Made by a program: the position numbers and the translations under genes
Part shown: piece after piece, positions 1-9,267 of the stretch
Layout of the letters: every line of letters begins with the position of its first letter
Position numbering within the stretch: position 1 is the stretch's first letter
Notes under the pieces: generated by a model
The model's database searches: none
What the model was told of the DNA's origin: nothing
What the model saw: only the letters and a program-made list of their open reading frames with translations
Virus record (IMG/VR): IMGVR_UViG_3300021960_000054
Location: 8,047 to 72,046 of that record
Strand: one strand, 5' to 3'
From: a virus
Length of the DNA stretch: 64,000 bases

Positions 1-565
1 ATATAAACTTCTGACAATTATCTAAGTAGATACATTGAAACACCAATGCAACTCGCATTTCTTTAGTTGAGGTTGTTGATAGTCCTCTATGTTTTACTTT
101 GGCGTCAAAATATGAAAAGTAATCTTGCATATATGGAGTTTCTTCAACCGAACCATCAGCAAATTCAAATTCAGTACCCATATGTTTATGGTGAGGATTA
201 AAACAAGGATAGTAAACAATAGTTCTACAGTTTTCTTCAGCACTGTCGGTGTGCCAAGGTCCATCCATCTCTTTAGTTTGACCTAAAAGATAACATCGCC
301 CAACTTGAATGTATGGATTGATGTCCAGTTTCTGACAAATTTTTTTCCATATCTCTTTTACTATAGGGTCCATCTTAGTATAATATAGATTGTTGTGATA
401 ATCAGAAACAAAGTATGACCGGTGTGCATACTTACCTTCAGCACCAGCGCCATACTGCCACAAAAACTGACGCTGGAAATACTCTGAGAAGAATTTTCTC
501 ATCTCCTCAGAGTGTCCCGCATTTTCAAACATCACTTCAGGTAGTTCATTATTAAGTTTTGTCAT
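1..565 (-). CDS. 2OG-Fe(II) oxygenase-like protein (3' end runs off the window)
   Basis: Manually translated from ATG at 565: MTKLNNELPEV...GPWHTDS...KHRGLS...MRVALVFQC. Shows the HxD...H...R pattern. Confidence 0.75.
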   Translation of the reverse strand, partial: MTKLNNELPEVMFENAGHSEEMRKFFSEYFQRQFLWQYGAGAEGKYAHRSYFVSDYHNNLYYTKMDPIVKEIWKKICQKLDINPYIQVGRCYLLGQTKEMDGPWHTDSAEENCRTIVYYPCFNPHHKHMGTEFEFADGSVEETPYMQDYFSYFDAKVKHRGLSTTSTKEMRVALVFQCIYLDNCQKFI

Positions 566-567
566 TA

Positions 568-1080
568 CTAAATCATTTCTATTGCTAGTTCAGTCGTTTC
601 GTTTACTCTACGAGTCCAACCTTTGCCAAATGTATCAAAGGTACTCAAGGATTCATAGTAACTCTGTCTCTTAGATTGATAATCTCGGATAGCACCTTCA
701 ATACCATTCTCATCAACGTAGTTTGCCACTGCTTTAAGTGTATTAGGACCAATGCCACCATCCGCCACAGTACCAATCATTCTCTGTAGATATTTGGCGG
801 CACGACCTGTACCAGCATTCACACCAAAATCAAAAACACACAAATCAAGACCACTAGGTAAATCATCACCTTTGACGCGATCCCAATAGTTCTTTTTATA
901 GATAGGTGCAACATCTTCAACCGTCAAGTCTTTCATGTTCTTTTCACCACCCCACTCCTCATAGACACGTTTGGTGACGCCGAGATTGGTTTCACCTCCA
1001 GGGTCTTTTGGATGATTAACATAACCACCCTCATGGTGTAGAATAGTTTCTAAACACTTATCATAATTTTTATTTGCCAT
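568..1080 (-). CDS. Glycoside hydrolase family 108 lysozyme with C-terminal peptidoglycan-binding domain (endolysin)
   Basis: HEGGYVNHPKDPGGETNLGVT signature; ADGGIGPNT and FGKGWTRRV motifs. Confidence 0.92.
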   Translation of the reverse strand: MANKNYDKCLETILHHEGGYVNHPKDPGGETNLGVTKRVYEEWGGEKNMKDLTVEDVAPIYKKNYWDRVKGDDLPSGLDLCVFDFGVNAGTGRAAKYLQRMIGTVADGGIGPNTLKAVANYVDENGIEGAIRDYQSKRQSYYESLSTFDTFGKGWTRRVNETTELAIEMI

Positions 1081-1086
1081 CTTAGT

Positions 1087-1248
1087 TTATCCTTTTGTGA
1101 TGATTGTCCACGCACCATATGCAATAGCAATACCAGCGGCAATCTTTGCTAGTGGTGATAAGAACAGTACTAGGCAACCTAGAACGATTAGTCCAGCGCC
1201 ATCCCAACTTGTTCTTTCTTTAATTCTATCTTTAATCCAACTTGTCAT
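1087..1248 (-). CDS. Small two-TM membrane protein, holin candidate
   Basis: Manually translated MTSWIKDRIKERTSWDGAGLIVLGCLVLFLSPLAKIAAGIAIAYGAWTIITKG; GAGGAG RBS; directly upstream of the lysozyme. Confidence 0.6.
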   Translation of the reverse strand: MTSWIKDRIKERTSWDGAGLIVLGCLVLFLSPLAKIAAGIAIAYGAWTIITKG

Positions 1249-1263
1249 TTTAGTCTCCTCTTG

Positions 1264-2010
1264 TTAAGCGCATTTCTGCATCTTTTTATCGACACTCTCA
1301 AATATACCCTTGTACTCTTTTCGGTTTTTACTTAGTATATATTCACGAACTAGTCCACTTCTGACAATATCTTCTTCTGTGAAATTAACTGTCTCAAAAG
1401 ATTTCATAGTTTTTATAATGTCCATAAATTGAATAATACCATTTTGTTCAGTCTGCTTAACTAAATCGGTTTGCATAAAGTCTCCACAGAATGCAATACG
1501 AGAATTTTCACCCACTCTAGTAATGATTGTGTCTAATTCATGAAAGTTTAAGTTTTGACACTCATCAACAATAATAAAAGCATCTCGTAATGTTATACCT
1601 CTAATATATGAAGTTGGTACGAACTCCAATATATCTTGATATTTAGCAAGTTCATATGGGTTCTCAATATCAGGAAACAATTCGTCAAATAAAGAATAGT
1701 ATGGTTCAGTATAAACTGACATTTTTTCTTCCTGCGATCCAGGTAAGAATCCAATATCCCTTGTCGGTAACATTGACCTAACGATATAAACTTTTTGCTG
1801 GTCCACTCTCCTAGATAGGACTGCTTGCATTGCCAGATATATCATAATGAATGTTTTACCTGTGCCTGCACATCCATGTAGCATCAAATGTTTTTCGTCA
1901 TTGAATGCTTCAAATGTTTTTCTTTGATTTTCCGTAATAGGAAGAACCTTCTTCATTGAAGTCTTTGTTAAACATTTTGCTTTTACTGCTAGGGATTTAG
2001 ATTTTGACAT
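1264..2010 (-). CDS. phoH: PhoH-family ATPase
   Basis: GCAGTGKT Walker A, IGFLPG, YIRGITL, IIVDECQN, GDFMQTDL, DIVRSGLV. Confidence 0.95.
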   Translation of the reverse strand: MSKSKSLAVKAKCLTKTSMKKVLPITENQRKTFEAFNDEKHLMLHGCAGTGKTFIMIYLAMQAVLSRRVDQQKVYIVRSMLPTRDIGFLPGSQEEKMSVYTEPYYSLFDELFPDIENPYELAKYQDILEFVPTSYIRGITLRDAFIIVDECQNLNFHELDTIITRVGENSRIAFCGDFMQTDLVKQTEQNGIIQFMDIIKTMKSFETVNFTEEDIVRSGLVREYILSKNRKEYKGIFESVDKKMQKCA

Positions 2011-2062
2011 GTGTTCTCCTTTATGTAACTGTCATCATAACAAAGAAACATCACAGACATAA

Positions 2063-3076
2063 TTAACTAAATGGACATTTACCTCCTGATTTTTTCTGAA
2101 ATATTTTTCCCAACATTCTATAACCTTTTGATGACCCCCAATTAGCATTAATTGCGTTTGTTTGAACTCTCTCTTGATAGTTGTCATTATAGTCAATATC
2201 ACGAACCTCATAAGGCAATTGATGTTTAGGAAAAATATTAAATAAACATAATGGTTCTTTAAACTGAAGATTTATTTTTGCTCCTTTATGCTTTATCACC
2301 ATAAACATATTAAAAGTATTATAATAATCTGTTTGAATAATTCCAGGAAGCACTTCGAAAGGATTCCAACGATAAGGAAGTGGCATCACCATAGTACACA
2401 TACCAGGAGGAGTTTTAATTCTCCATGGAGATGAAACTTTAATTACCGCTTTGGAATATTCCTCTGGTAAATCATTAACCATAGTTGAGTATTGATGAGG
2501 AGGATGTGTAGTAAGAGTCCACTGGTTGCGTACTTCATTTAATTGATAATGCTTCCAGTCTCTAACTTCGTCTACATTAAATCCTATACCATACAAATAT
2601 CGCAACCATTCTGCGCTTGATGATGGATCATCATTCAGATTTTTTAGAGACAGATGATCCGCTCCATCTTTACCATCGGCATATGCACTCAGTATCGATG
2701 ATGTAATTGATGCGGCAGTGGTACCATCTAAACTAGTTTCAATTAAGGCGGCGCCCCAAAAAGGAACAACATACCCATGTGTTAATATGTCTTGCATACC
2801 AGGACACGTTTTAATAGTCTCTCCTGTAGTTCTCCACTCAACGGGATTACCAGTAGGTAAAAGTTTATTGTGATTACTTTGTGCAGTACGATGATGCATG
2901 GGTTCATGCGTTTTAGGTAAATCTCTATACCACTGAGGTATTGCTTTAGAAGCAGGCACAATAGGTGCCCAATCTGCAAGACCTTCAACCGCAGAATAAA
3001 ATTCAATCTTTGCGTTTGGATATGACTTCTTTCGCAACCAAGTACCAAAGTCATACATTACATCGCGCACACTCAT
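2063..3076 (-). CDS. Conserved phage protein (KxCP motif; dUTPase-like C-terminal beta region)
   Basis: TIKTCPGMQDILTHGY...PWRIKTPPG...VLPGIIQTD; paralogous to 15057-15731 and 27681-28460. Confidence 0.55.
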   Translation of the reverse strand: MSVRDVMYDFGTWLRKKSYPNAKIEFYSAVEGLADWAPIVPASKAIPQWYRDLPKTHEPMHHRTAQSNHNKLLPTGNPVEWRTTGETIKTCPGMQDILTHGYVVPFWGAALIETSLDGTTAASITSSILSAYADGKDGADHLSLKNLNDDPSSSAEWLRYLYGIGFNVDEVRDWKHYQLNEVRNQWTLTTHPPHQYSTMVNDLPEEYSKAVIKVSSPWRIKTPPGMCTMVMPLPYRWNPFEVLPGIIQTDYYNTFNMFMVIKHKGAKINLQFKEPLCLFNIFPKHQLPYEVRDIDYNDNYQERVQTNAINANWGSSKGYRMLGKIFQKKSGGKCPFS

Positions 3077-3369
3077 CGTTTTTTATTTCTATGTTTGTTA
3101 AGCACATCTCTGGTCTTTACTTCGGCGTTTGTTTTACTGCGATAACTGTCTAGATTAGAACCAGGATTCTTTTCAGCAATTCGTGACATGACTTCTTTGA
3201 AACCATCCGACTGCTTATCTTTAATCGAAACACCACCCACAATATTAGGTGCAGTAACCATTTGGTCTAGTTGTGGATTTGTTTTTTTAAAATCGTCCAG
3301 TTCGGATATCTTCATGAAGTGGTCTTCAACTTCTCCGGTTGCGTGATTGATAAAACTATATGTTGGCAT
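3073..3369 (-). CDS. FmdB-like small regulatory protein of T4-like phages
   Basis: Starts MPTYSF; ends GFKEVMSRIAEKNPGS. Confidence 0.6.
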   Translation of the reverse strand: MPTYSFINHATGEVEDHFMKISELDDFKKTNPQLDQMVTAPNIVGGVSIKDKQSDGFKEVMSRIAEKNPGSNLDSYRSKTNAEVKTRDVLNKHRNKKR

Positions 3370-3940
3370 AATGTACATCTCTATTTAGTGATTGATTGTT
3401 GTACCATTGAGGTACATCTCTTTTTTTCCAGTTAGCAAAAGTCTTTTTTGCCTCACGATAAAAGTTGCGATAAGCACTGATGCTATCACCTTCTACCATG
3501 CATTGTGGGAACTGCTTCATTGCTTGAGGCGGTTCTGTAAAATTAGTATTGGGAATATTTGTCGGTACAGTTCTTAGAAGTTCTGACAGAAGCGTATAAC
3601 TAGCATGGGTCTTTCCGTATCTATAGATGAACTCTTTATGCAACTCAGACCAGAGGTCGTACAACCACTTATAATGAGAGACAGACTGGCGAACCCAAAT
3701 AGCAGACGGGTGATTGACATGACACGCTTTATATACAATTTGCTCTGCATTGTCGTTCTGTAAACGCCATCGTTTTACTTTTCTGTTGTTCTTACTATAA
3801 TCAGTGTACTCTACGCCGTCAAGCACCCTGTGGGCGGTTGACATGAGTTGTGCATACTCAACAAGCATCTTACTGACATGTTTGTCTACATGCCACTCAG
3901 CGCACGTTTTAGGGTCATTATGTAGATAGAATATATTCAT
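3356..3940 (-). CDS. denV: Pyrimidine dimer DNA glycosylase / endonuclease V-like
   Basis: MNIFYL...HVDKHVSKMLVEYAQLMSTAH and YKACHVNHPSAIWVR motifs. Confidence 0.8.
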   Translation of the reverse strand: MNIFYLHNDPKTCAEWHVDKHVSKMLVEYAQLMSTAHRVLDGVEYTDYSKNNRKVKRWRLQNDNAEQIVYKACHVNHPSAIWVRQSVSHYKWLYDLWSELHKEFIYRYGKTHASYTLLSELLRTVPTNIPNTNFTEPPQAMKQFPQCMVEGDSISAYRNFYREAKKTFANWKKRDVPQWYNNQSLNRDVHYANI

Positions 3941-3969
3941 CATCACCTCGTTGTATCATTAACTATATT

Positions 3970-3998
3970 AATATATCATAAAAGAAACACTTTGTCAA
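3970..3998 (-). promoter_or_regulatory. sigma70-type promoter
   Basis: TTGACA-N17-TATATT. Confidence 0.7.
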
Positions 3999-4001
3999 GT
4001 A

Positions 4002-4271
4002 CTAACTTCTCTCTTCAAGTTTCTTCTGTAGTTTCCTCCAACGCTTAACTGCTTCTTTTTTCTTACGTTGTTTTGCTTCTGCTGGTTTCTCATAGTACTG
4101 TTTTGCTTTTAGTTCTTTGAGTATTCCAGATTTTTGTACTTTCTTCTTAAACAGACGCAATGCTTTTTCAACATCGCCGTTGCGTACTGTTACTTCTAGA
4201 CCCCCATCGCGAGGTCTGTCATCGTTTTTAACGTATCGTCTATTACTGTTGTAGTTATTTTTATATGCCAT
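4002..4271 (-). CDS. rpsU: Phage-encoded ribosomal protein bS21
   Basis: VTVRNGDVEKALRLFKKKVQKSGILKELKAKQYYEKPAEAKQRKKKEAVKR is a typical S21 sequence, here with an N-terminal extension. Confidence 0.92.
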   Translation of the reverse strand: MAYKNNYNSNRRYVKNDDRPRDGGLEVTVRNGDVEKALRLFKKKVQKSGILKELKAKQYYEKPAEAKQRKKKEAVKRWRKLQKKLEERS

Positions 4272-4283
4272 CTTGATAATGTA

Positions 4284-4913
4284 TCACACTCCTTTACTCA
4301 TGTCAAGTACTTTTTTTAATCTTGTTACATCTTTACCAAAATTAAACGCAATTGTAAGTCTACGTTGTGTATAATTCTGTTGTTGCATGGGAACTCTATG
4401 AAACATATATCCAGGAAAAAGAACTAACTTTCCAGGTTGCGGTAATACAGTATATATTGGTTTTGTAAATTCAGTTCGCTTCTCTTCAATTGTATAATAT
4501 CTCTGATGAAATGTATATTCATTTGGATTTATAAATTGGGTTGGTGTTAAGTCAGGAGTGGCATAGTATATTGCACATAAATCATGAGTTCCATGATGGT
4601 GACTTTCTTGCCAATGTTCATTTTCATAAAGATTGTACCAAAAATCTTCTACAAGATACTCATCCGATTTCCATCCAACAGTTTCTAAAAATTCTGTGCC
4701 CGCTTGAGTGACCTGCTCAAGTAAGTCTATATTATTTGACATTATCTCATCATTCAATTCCACGTTATTATATGATGAAGTAACATCGCACTGCCAACTG
4801 TTTAAGTCTTTAACTCTATCAACAGTACTGACAACATTAGATACTAATTTTTCATTATCAATATTAAGCGTCACTTCACCTATAGGGTGAGCAAATAACG
4901 AATTCATAATCAT
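4284..4913 (-). CDS. 2OG-Fe(II) oxygenase (TIGR02466-like)
   Basis: WYN...HHH...AIYY...LVLFPGYMFHRV...RLTIAFN. Confidence 0.85.
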   Translation of the reverse strand: MIMNSLFAHPIGEVTLNIDNEKLVSNVVSTVDRVKDLNSWQCDVTSSYNNVELNDEIMSNNIDLLEQVTQAGTEFLETVGWKSDEYLVEDFWYNLYENEHWQESHHHGTHDLCAIYYATPDLTPTQFINPNEYTFHQRYYTIEEKRTEFTKPIYTVLPQPGKLVLFPGYMFHRVPMQQQNYTQRRLTIAFNFGKDVTRLKKVLDMSKGV

Positions 4914-4917
4914 ATTA

Positions 4918-5505
4918 TTATTCCAAATCTTCTTTTACTATATCTTTTCTTGTTAAATCTCTCGCTAAGTAATCATCTTCTGAGATAGGAGCAAAAATAC
5001 TTCTTTTAATTACTTTGTATTGTCCTCGTTCCACAACATGTTTTGATTGCTCATGCCCACCGGTCATCATAATTACTGCAATTCTACCTGCGGCCTCGCT
5101 TCTAACTCTTTTAACCCAACCCCTTTCATTTATGACCTTTGTATCCTCATGGTCAGTAATGAGAACAACATCACCAGGCATAACTTCACAATCAGGACTC
5201 CACTTATTTCCCCATTGGTCAAGAAAGTTTCCATCTTTATCAAAATCAACATCACATCTAAATTTAAATCCTGCAGGAGGTTGAGGTCTTAAACCTGCGT
5301 CTGCTTGCTTTCTTAATATTCTAGAATCCTCAGAAACTAAGATATAGGGAGACGCCGCAGAGTGTACTTCATGATTGTGCAAATGTCCAACTCTAGTAAC
5401 TTGACTATCTCCATTAATGTTAGGTTTAACTCTACTACCACCAGTCGTGTATTGAATTTTCTTATTACCAACAATTCTACGTTGGGTAATATCATAATCG
5501 CTCAT
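4918..5505 (-). CDS. Hypothetical protein
   Basis: 195-aa ORF with GAGG RBS. Confidence 0.6.
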   Translation of the reverse strand: MSDYDITQRRIVGNKKIQYTTGGSRVKPNINGDSQVTRVGHLHNHEVHSAASPYILVSEDSRILRKQADAGLRPQPPAGFKFRCDVDFDKDGNFLDQWGNKWSPDCEVMPGDVVLITDHEDTKVINERGWVKRVRSEAAGRIAVIMMTGGHEQSKHVVERGQYKVIKRSIFAPISEDDYLARDLTRKDIVKEDLE

Positions 5506-5525
5506 TTTTCATACCTCTCAAAAAA

Positions 5526-5533
5526 TATAAATA
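5526..5533 (+). promoter_or_regulatory. T4-type late promoter
   Basis: TATAAATA upstream of the ORF at 5567. Confidence 0.75.
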
Positions 5534-5566
5534 CTTTCATACAGATTATTTATACGAGGAAAAATA

Positions 5567-6274
5567 ATGTCTAAGAAATTTACAGATATTAAAGACGCAA
5601 TTGTAAAAGAACAAATTGCAGATTTAAATGAAGGTGTTTATGATCCAGGTATTTTCAAAGCATTCTTCTTAGCAGGCGGACCTGGTTCAGGTAAGTCTTA
5701 TGTTCAAAAACAAACAACTGGCGGTATGGGTCTCAAAGTAGTTAACTCGGATGACATTTATGAGAAGATGTTAAAAGATGCTGGTATGGATACAACACCA
5801 GAAGATATCTACTCAGACAAAGGTCAAGAAATTCGCGGACAGGCAAAGAAAGTGACAAAAGCAAGACAATCAAATTTTTTAATGGGTCGTCTTGGTGTTG
5901 TTATTGATGGTACTGGCAAAGACTTTGAGAAAATTCAAAGACAAGCGGCGTCACTAAAGCAACTCGGTTATGATACTTATATGATTTTTGTTAATACTTC
6001 AGAAGAAGTTGCACAAGAAAGAAATCAAGCAAGAAAAAGAACACTACCAAGAGAAGAAGTCAAATCAATGTGGATGGATGTTCAAAAGAACATTGGTGCA
6101 TTTCAGCGTTTCTTTGGTAGCAAGAACTTTATCATTCTCGACAACAATGGTCCTAATGATGATATTCTACAAATGGTCTTTAAGAGAGTTCGTAACATGG
6201 TCAACACTCCAGTTAAGAACTACATTGCAAAGCAGTGGATTGCTAACGAACTAGAAAAGAAAAGAAGGAGATAA
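5567..6274 (+). CDS. P-loop kinase (zeta-toxin/AAA_33-like), probably virion-packaged
   Basis: FLAGGPGSGKS, VNSDD, VIDGTG, RNQARKR; late promoter; DLNE-GVYDP propeptide-like N-terminus. Confidence 0.8.
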   Translation: MSKKFTDIKDAIVKEQIADLNEGVYDPGIFKAFFLAGGPGSGKSYVQKQTTGGMGLKVVNSDDIYEKMLKDAGMDTTPEDIYSDKGQEIRGQAKKVTKARQSNFLMGRLGVVIDGTGKDFEKIQRQAASLKQLGYDTYMIFVNTSEEVAQERNQARKRTLPREEVKSMWMDVQKNIGAFQRFFGSKNFIILDNNGPNDDILQMVFKRVRNMVNTPVKNYIAKQWIANELEKKRRR

Positions 6275-6284
6275 TTCTCCTTCT
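6263..6284. terminator. Hairpin between convergent genes
   Basis: AGAAGGAGA-TAAT-TCTCCTTCT perfect inverted repeat. Confidence 0.6.
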
Positions 6285-6286
6285 AC

Positions 6287-6484
6287 TTAGTTGTCACCCA
6301 ACATTATTCTTTTTGCCTCTTCATGGTAACCCATTTGTGATAATGCATGTGCCGCTCTTGCACGTCCTACAGTCTCACTAATTGTGATTGCAAATACTAA
6401 ACCCGCAATAAATGCAGTTCTAATCACCTCACATGCTTTGCATGTGTATTCATAACTGTTGTGTAATGCTATGCCAATCGACAT
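6287..6484 (-). CDS. Small hypothetical protein
   Basis: GGAG RBS; GRARAAHALSQMGY. Confidence 0.6.
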   Translation of the reverse strand: MSIGIALHNSYEYTCKACEVIRTAFIAGLVFAITISETVGRARAAHALSQMGYHEEAKRIMLGDN

Positions 6485-6490
6485 TTATTT

Positions 6491-6652
6491 CTATCTCCTG
6501 TATTTTATATAATTGTTATAGTACGCAAGCGCATCATCGTCTTGTAGATGTTTTGTATCATTAGAAAATTCAGTTCTAATAAAACGAATAATGTCCGAGT
6601 TTGGATTTGATCCTACTAATGTATTGAATAAATTTTTGAACAAGTTCTTCAT
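6491..6652 (-). CDS. Small hypothetical protein
   Basis: MKNLFKNLFNTLVGS...; AAGG RBS; downstream of the late promoter at 6761-6768. Confidence 0.55.
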   Translation of the reverse strand: MKNLFKNLFNTLVGSNPNSDIIRFIRTEFSNDTKHLQDDDALAYYNNYIKYRR

Positions 6653-6760
6653 GCTATTAACCTTAAACGCCCGCACCACTTTTGACTTGACCCCTTGGCA
6701 CAAGTCATATATACTAGTGTATAGTGTGATGATGTTGTACAGTATTGCACTGCACAAATC

Positions 6761-6768
6761 TATTTATA
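6761..6768 (-). promoter_or_regulatory. T4-type late promoter
   Basis: TATAAATA on the minus strand. Confidence 0.65.
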
Positions 6769-6858
6769 CAAGAGACTATAAAAAAGGTCAATAGTATTGA
6801 TGTTTTTTTAGAATAACACATGTGACAAAAACGCACAAGTAACATAATGGAGCATATA

Positions 6859-7524
6859 ATGAAAGTAAAGTTGATTTCATATTCACAACCACCACTCGGT
6901 GACATTGAAGGTTTAGATGATGTACAAGACTTAATCGCTTATTGCGCGAGAGTATCAAACCCTAGCGGACAGATGAACTCCGCAACATCTAAAAAACTTC
7001 TATCATATCTAGCAAAGCATAGTCATTGGTCACCTTTTGAGATGGTGTCTGCTTGTTTAGAAATTGAGACTACAAGAGATATCGCAAGACAAATTCTAAG
7101 ACATCGTTCATTCAGTTTTCAAGAGTTTAGTCAACGGTATGCTAATCCAACAGAAGATTTAGAGTTTGTAATTAGAGAAGCGAGATTGCAAGATGAAAAA
7201 AATAGACAAAACAGCATCGCCACAGAGGATGAAATTCTACAAGAAGCATGGGCGGCAAGACAAAGAAGTGTTATTGATGAAGCAAATAGTGCTTATCAAT
7301 GGGCAATCGAAAACGGTATTGCTAAAGAGCAAGCAAGAGCAGTCTTACCAGAAGGTAATACTATGTCACGTTTGTACATGAATGGTACACTTCGTTCTTG
7401 GATGCATTACATTGAACTTCGTGCCGCCAATGGAACACAGTTAGAGCATATTGAAATTGCGAAAGCATGTGCAGAAGTGATTGCAGGTATATTTCCACTT
7501 GCCGAGGACTTAGTAAATGATTAA
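6859..7524 (+). CDS. thyX: FAD-dependent thymidylate synthase ThyX
   Basis: HWSPFE, RHRSFSFQEFSQRY, KEQARAVLP, TQLEH. Confidence 0.96.
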   Translation: MKVKLISYSQPPLGDIEGLDDVQDLIAYCARVSNPSGQMNSATSKKLLSYLAKHSHWSPFEMVSACLEIETTRDIARQILRHRSFSFQEFSQRYANPTEDLEFVIREARLQDEKNRQNSIATEDEILQEAWAARQRSVIDEANSAYQWAIENGIAKEQARAVLPEGNTMSRLYMNGTLRSWMHYIELRAANGTQLEHIEIAKACAEVIAGIFPLAEDLVND

Positions 7525-8065
7525 TCGCATTGGATATACGGGTTCTCCTGGTTCATGGGTGGGGGGAAATCAATATGAAGTCTACAAATCAGATACGATT
7601 ATTAACAATCAAGAACTTCTAATAGAACATCTACTAGAATTTCATCATAATACAGAGTATAGAACAAGTAATTTTGATACTTATAATATATTCACAGAAT
7701 GGACTACCGATACAATGTATGATTTGTTTACAAATGTTAAAGATGTGGTTCGCACTCATTTACCAAAGGGAAGACTTTGGTTACAAGCATGGGTAAATGT
7801 ACACAAACAGAATGAGTGTCTAGATTGGCATCATCATCATTTCCCTTTTCATGGATACATATCAATCGATCCAAAGAATACAACTACAGAGTTTGCAAAA
7901 TGGAAAGTAAAGAATAGCGTAGGAAATATATATTTTGGACACGGCGGAAAAGCAAACGAGCATAAGGTTACAGTTAATGAACCATACGATGACTATCGCA
8001 TTACAATAGGATTCGATGTGCAGTCGGTTGCAACTCAAGGAAGAAATAAATTTATACCGATATGA
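7517..8065 (+). CDS. 2OG-Fe(II) oxygenase-like protein
   Basis: AWVNVH...LDWHHH...HGYISI...EHKV...RITIGFD. Confidence 0.7.
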   Translation: MINRIGYTGSPGSWVGGNQYEVYKSDTIINNQELLIEHLLEFHHNTEYRTSNFDTYNIFTEWTTDTMYDLFTNVKDVVRTHLPKGRLWLQAWVNVHKQNECLDWHHHHFPFHGYISIDPKNTTTEFAKWKVKNSVGNIYFGHGGKANEHKVTVNEPYDDYRITIGFDVQSVATQGRNKFIPI

Positions 8066-8078
8066 TAAAGGAAAAAAG

Positions 8079-8681
8079 ATGATTGAAGAAATATTTCCAA
8101 CACCAATTATGGTCGTGGACTTATCTGAAATGTTAGATATGACAGATGTTCATGAAAGATGCCTAAAGATTATTAGTCAACCCAACCATGTATGCGAACA
8201 CGGACTAGTACCAAAAGGAGTGAGTTCGTACAATTCTAACACACCAGTTATTACAAATGATAGCATCAAAGATGTGAAAAACATAATTATGATGCAAGTA
8301 AGACAACTAGAAAAAGCATTAGCAATTTATCCATTAGAGTTTACTAATAGTTGGATTAATATTATGCCAAAAGAAAGTACCATTGGGGCGCATCTACATC
8401 CATATTCAGTTATCAGTGGAGCGTTCTATTTGAATGCTGGAGAAGGTGCAGGTGAATTTGTGATTGAAAATCCTTTATATCATAGTCAAATGATGATGCA
8501 ATCTCAAGGTAAGTCTGAATACACAAAAGTTTTTCAGTCGATTGAGGCAAAGACAGGACGACTAATTCTGTTTCCTAGTTATCTAAAGCACCACGTTAAA
8601 GGTAATAACTATGAAGGACGCACAGTCATGAGTTTCAATACCAATTACGATAGAAGAATTGACCTCAAAGGTTCAATATAA
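8079..8681 (+). CDS. 2OG-Fe(II) oxygenase (TIGR02466-like)
   Basis: SWIN...HLHPYSVISGAFY...ILFPSYLKHHV...RTVMSFN. Confidence 0.88.
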   Translation: MIEEIFPTPIMVVDLSEMLDMTDVHERCLKIISQPNHVCEHGLVPKGVSSYNSNTPVITNDSIKDVKNIIMMQVRQLEKALAIYPLEFTNSWINIMPKESTIGAHLHPYSVISGAFYLNAGEGAGEFVIENPLYHSQMMMQSQGKSEYTKVFQSIEAKTGRLILFPSYLKHHVKGNNYEGRTVMSFNTNYDRRIDLKGSI

Positions 8682-8746
8682 ATTAAAAAAAATTATAAGT
8701 CGTTGTTTTAACACAACATTTATTTTCACTTTTATGTGGATTTCTC

Positions 8747-8775
8747 TTGACATTACGGTAAACATCTGTTATATT
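8747..8775 (+). promoter_or_regulatory. Early sigma70-type promoter
   Basis: TTGACA-N17-TATATT preceded by GTGGATTTCTC. Confidence 0.8.
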
Positions 8776-8817
8776 GTATATGTAAGATGAGATTGAAACT
8801 TAAACGGAGAAAACATT

Positions 8818-9249
8818 ATGGCGTATATTTCACAAGAAACTAAGAAAGAACTTGCTCCTGCTATTAAAGCGGTTGCTAAGAAGTACGGTGTCAAAGTTAC
8901 TATCGGTGTTAACCATCACTCTTCTTTAGTTGTTCGCATCAAAGAAGGTGTGCTTGATTTTATCGGTGCCGCTAATGCTCATAACAAAGTTGTTGCACAG
9001 CGCCGTGGTTATGGTGACCAAGAATTTAGTGTGAGTGACAACTTCAGCATTAATCCTTACCATGATGAGCGTCATTGGACAGATGTTGGTTTTGAAACTG
9101 AAGCAAAGTTTGTTGCTGAAATGGTTGCGGCAATGAAAGGTAACAAGTGGTACGACAACAGTGATGCAATGACTGACTACTTCGACACTGCTTATTACCT
9201 TGACCTGAATGTTGGTCGTTGGGATACACCTTACGTTTATACTGCTTAA
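8818..9249 (+). CDS. Conserved early hypothetical protein
   Basis: MAYISQETKKELAPAIK...WYDNSDAMTDYFDTAYY; GGAG RBS. Confidence 0.75.
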   Translation: MAYISQETKKELAPAIKAVAKKYGVKVTIGVNHHSSLVVRIKEGVLDFIGAANAHNKVVAQRRGYGDQEFSVSDNFSINPYHDERHWTDVGFETEAKFVAEMVAAMKGNKWYDNSDAMTDYFDTAYYLDLNVGRWDTPYVYTA

Positions 9250-9267
9250 TTGAGGAGACTATATATT

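Noticed and set aside
2011-2062. Pho box upstream of phoH
   Set aside because: A single CTGTCAT in the opposite orientation, with no convincing 11-bp direct repeat.
4918-5505. Possible paralogy with 30764-31105 (RIV... GNxW motifs)
   Set aside because: The similarity is too short to support by eye.
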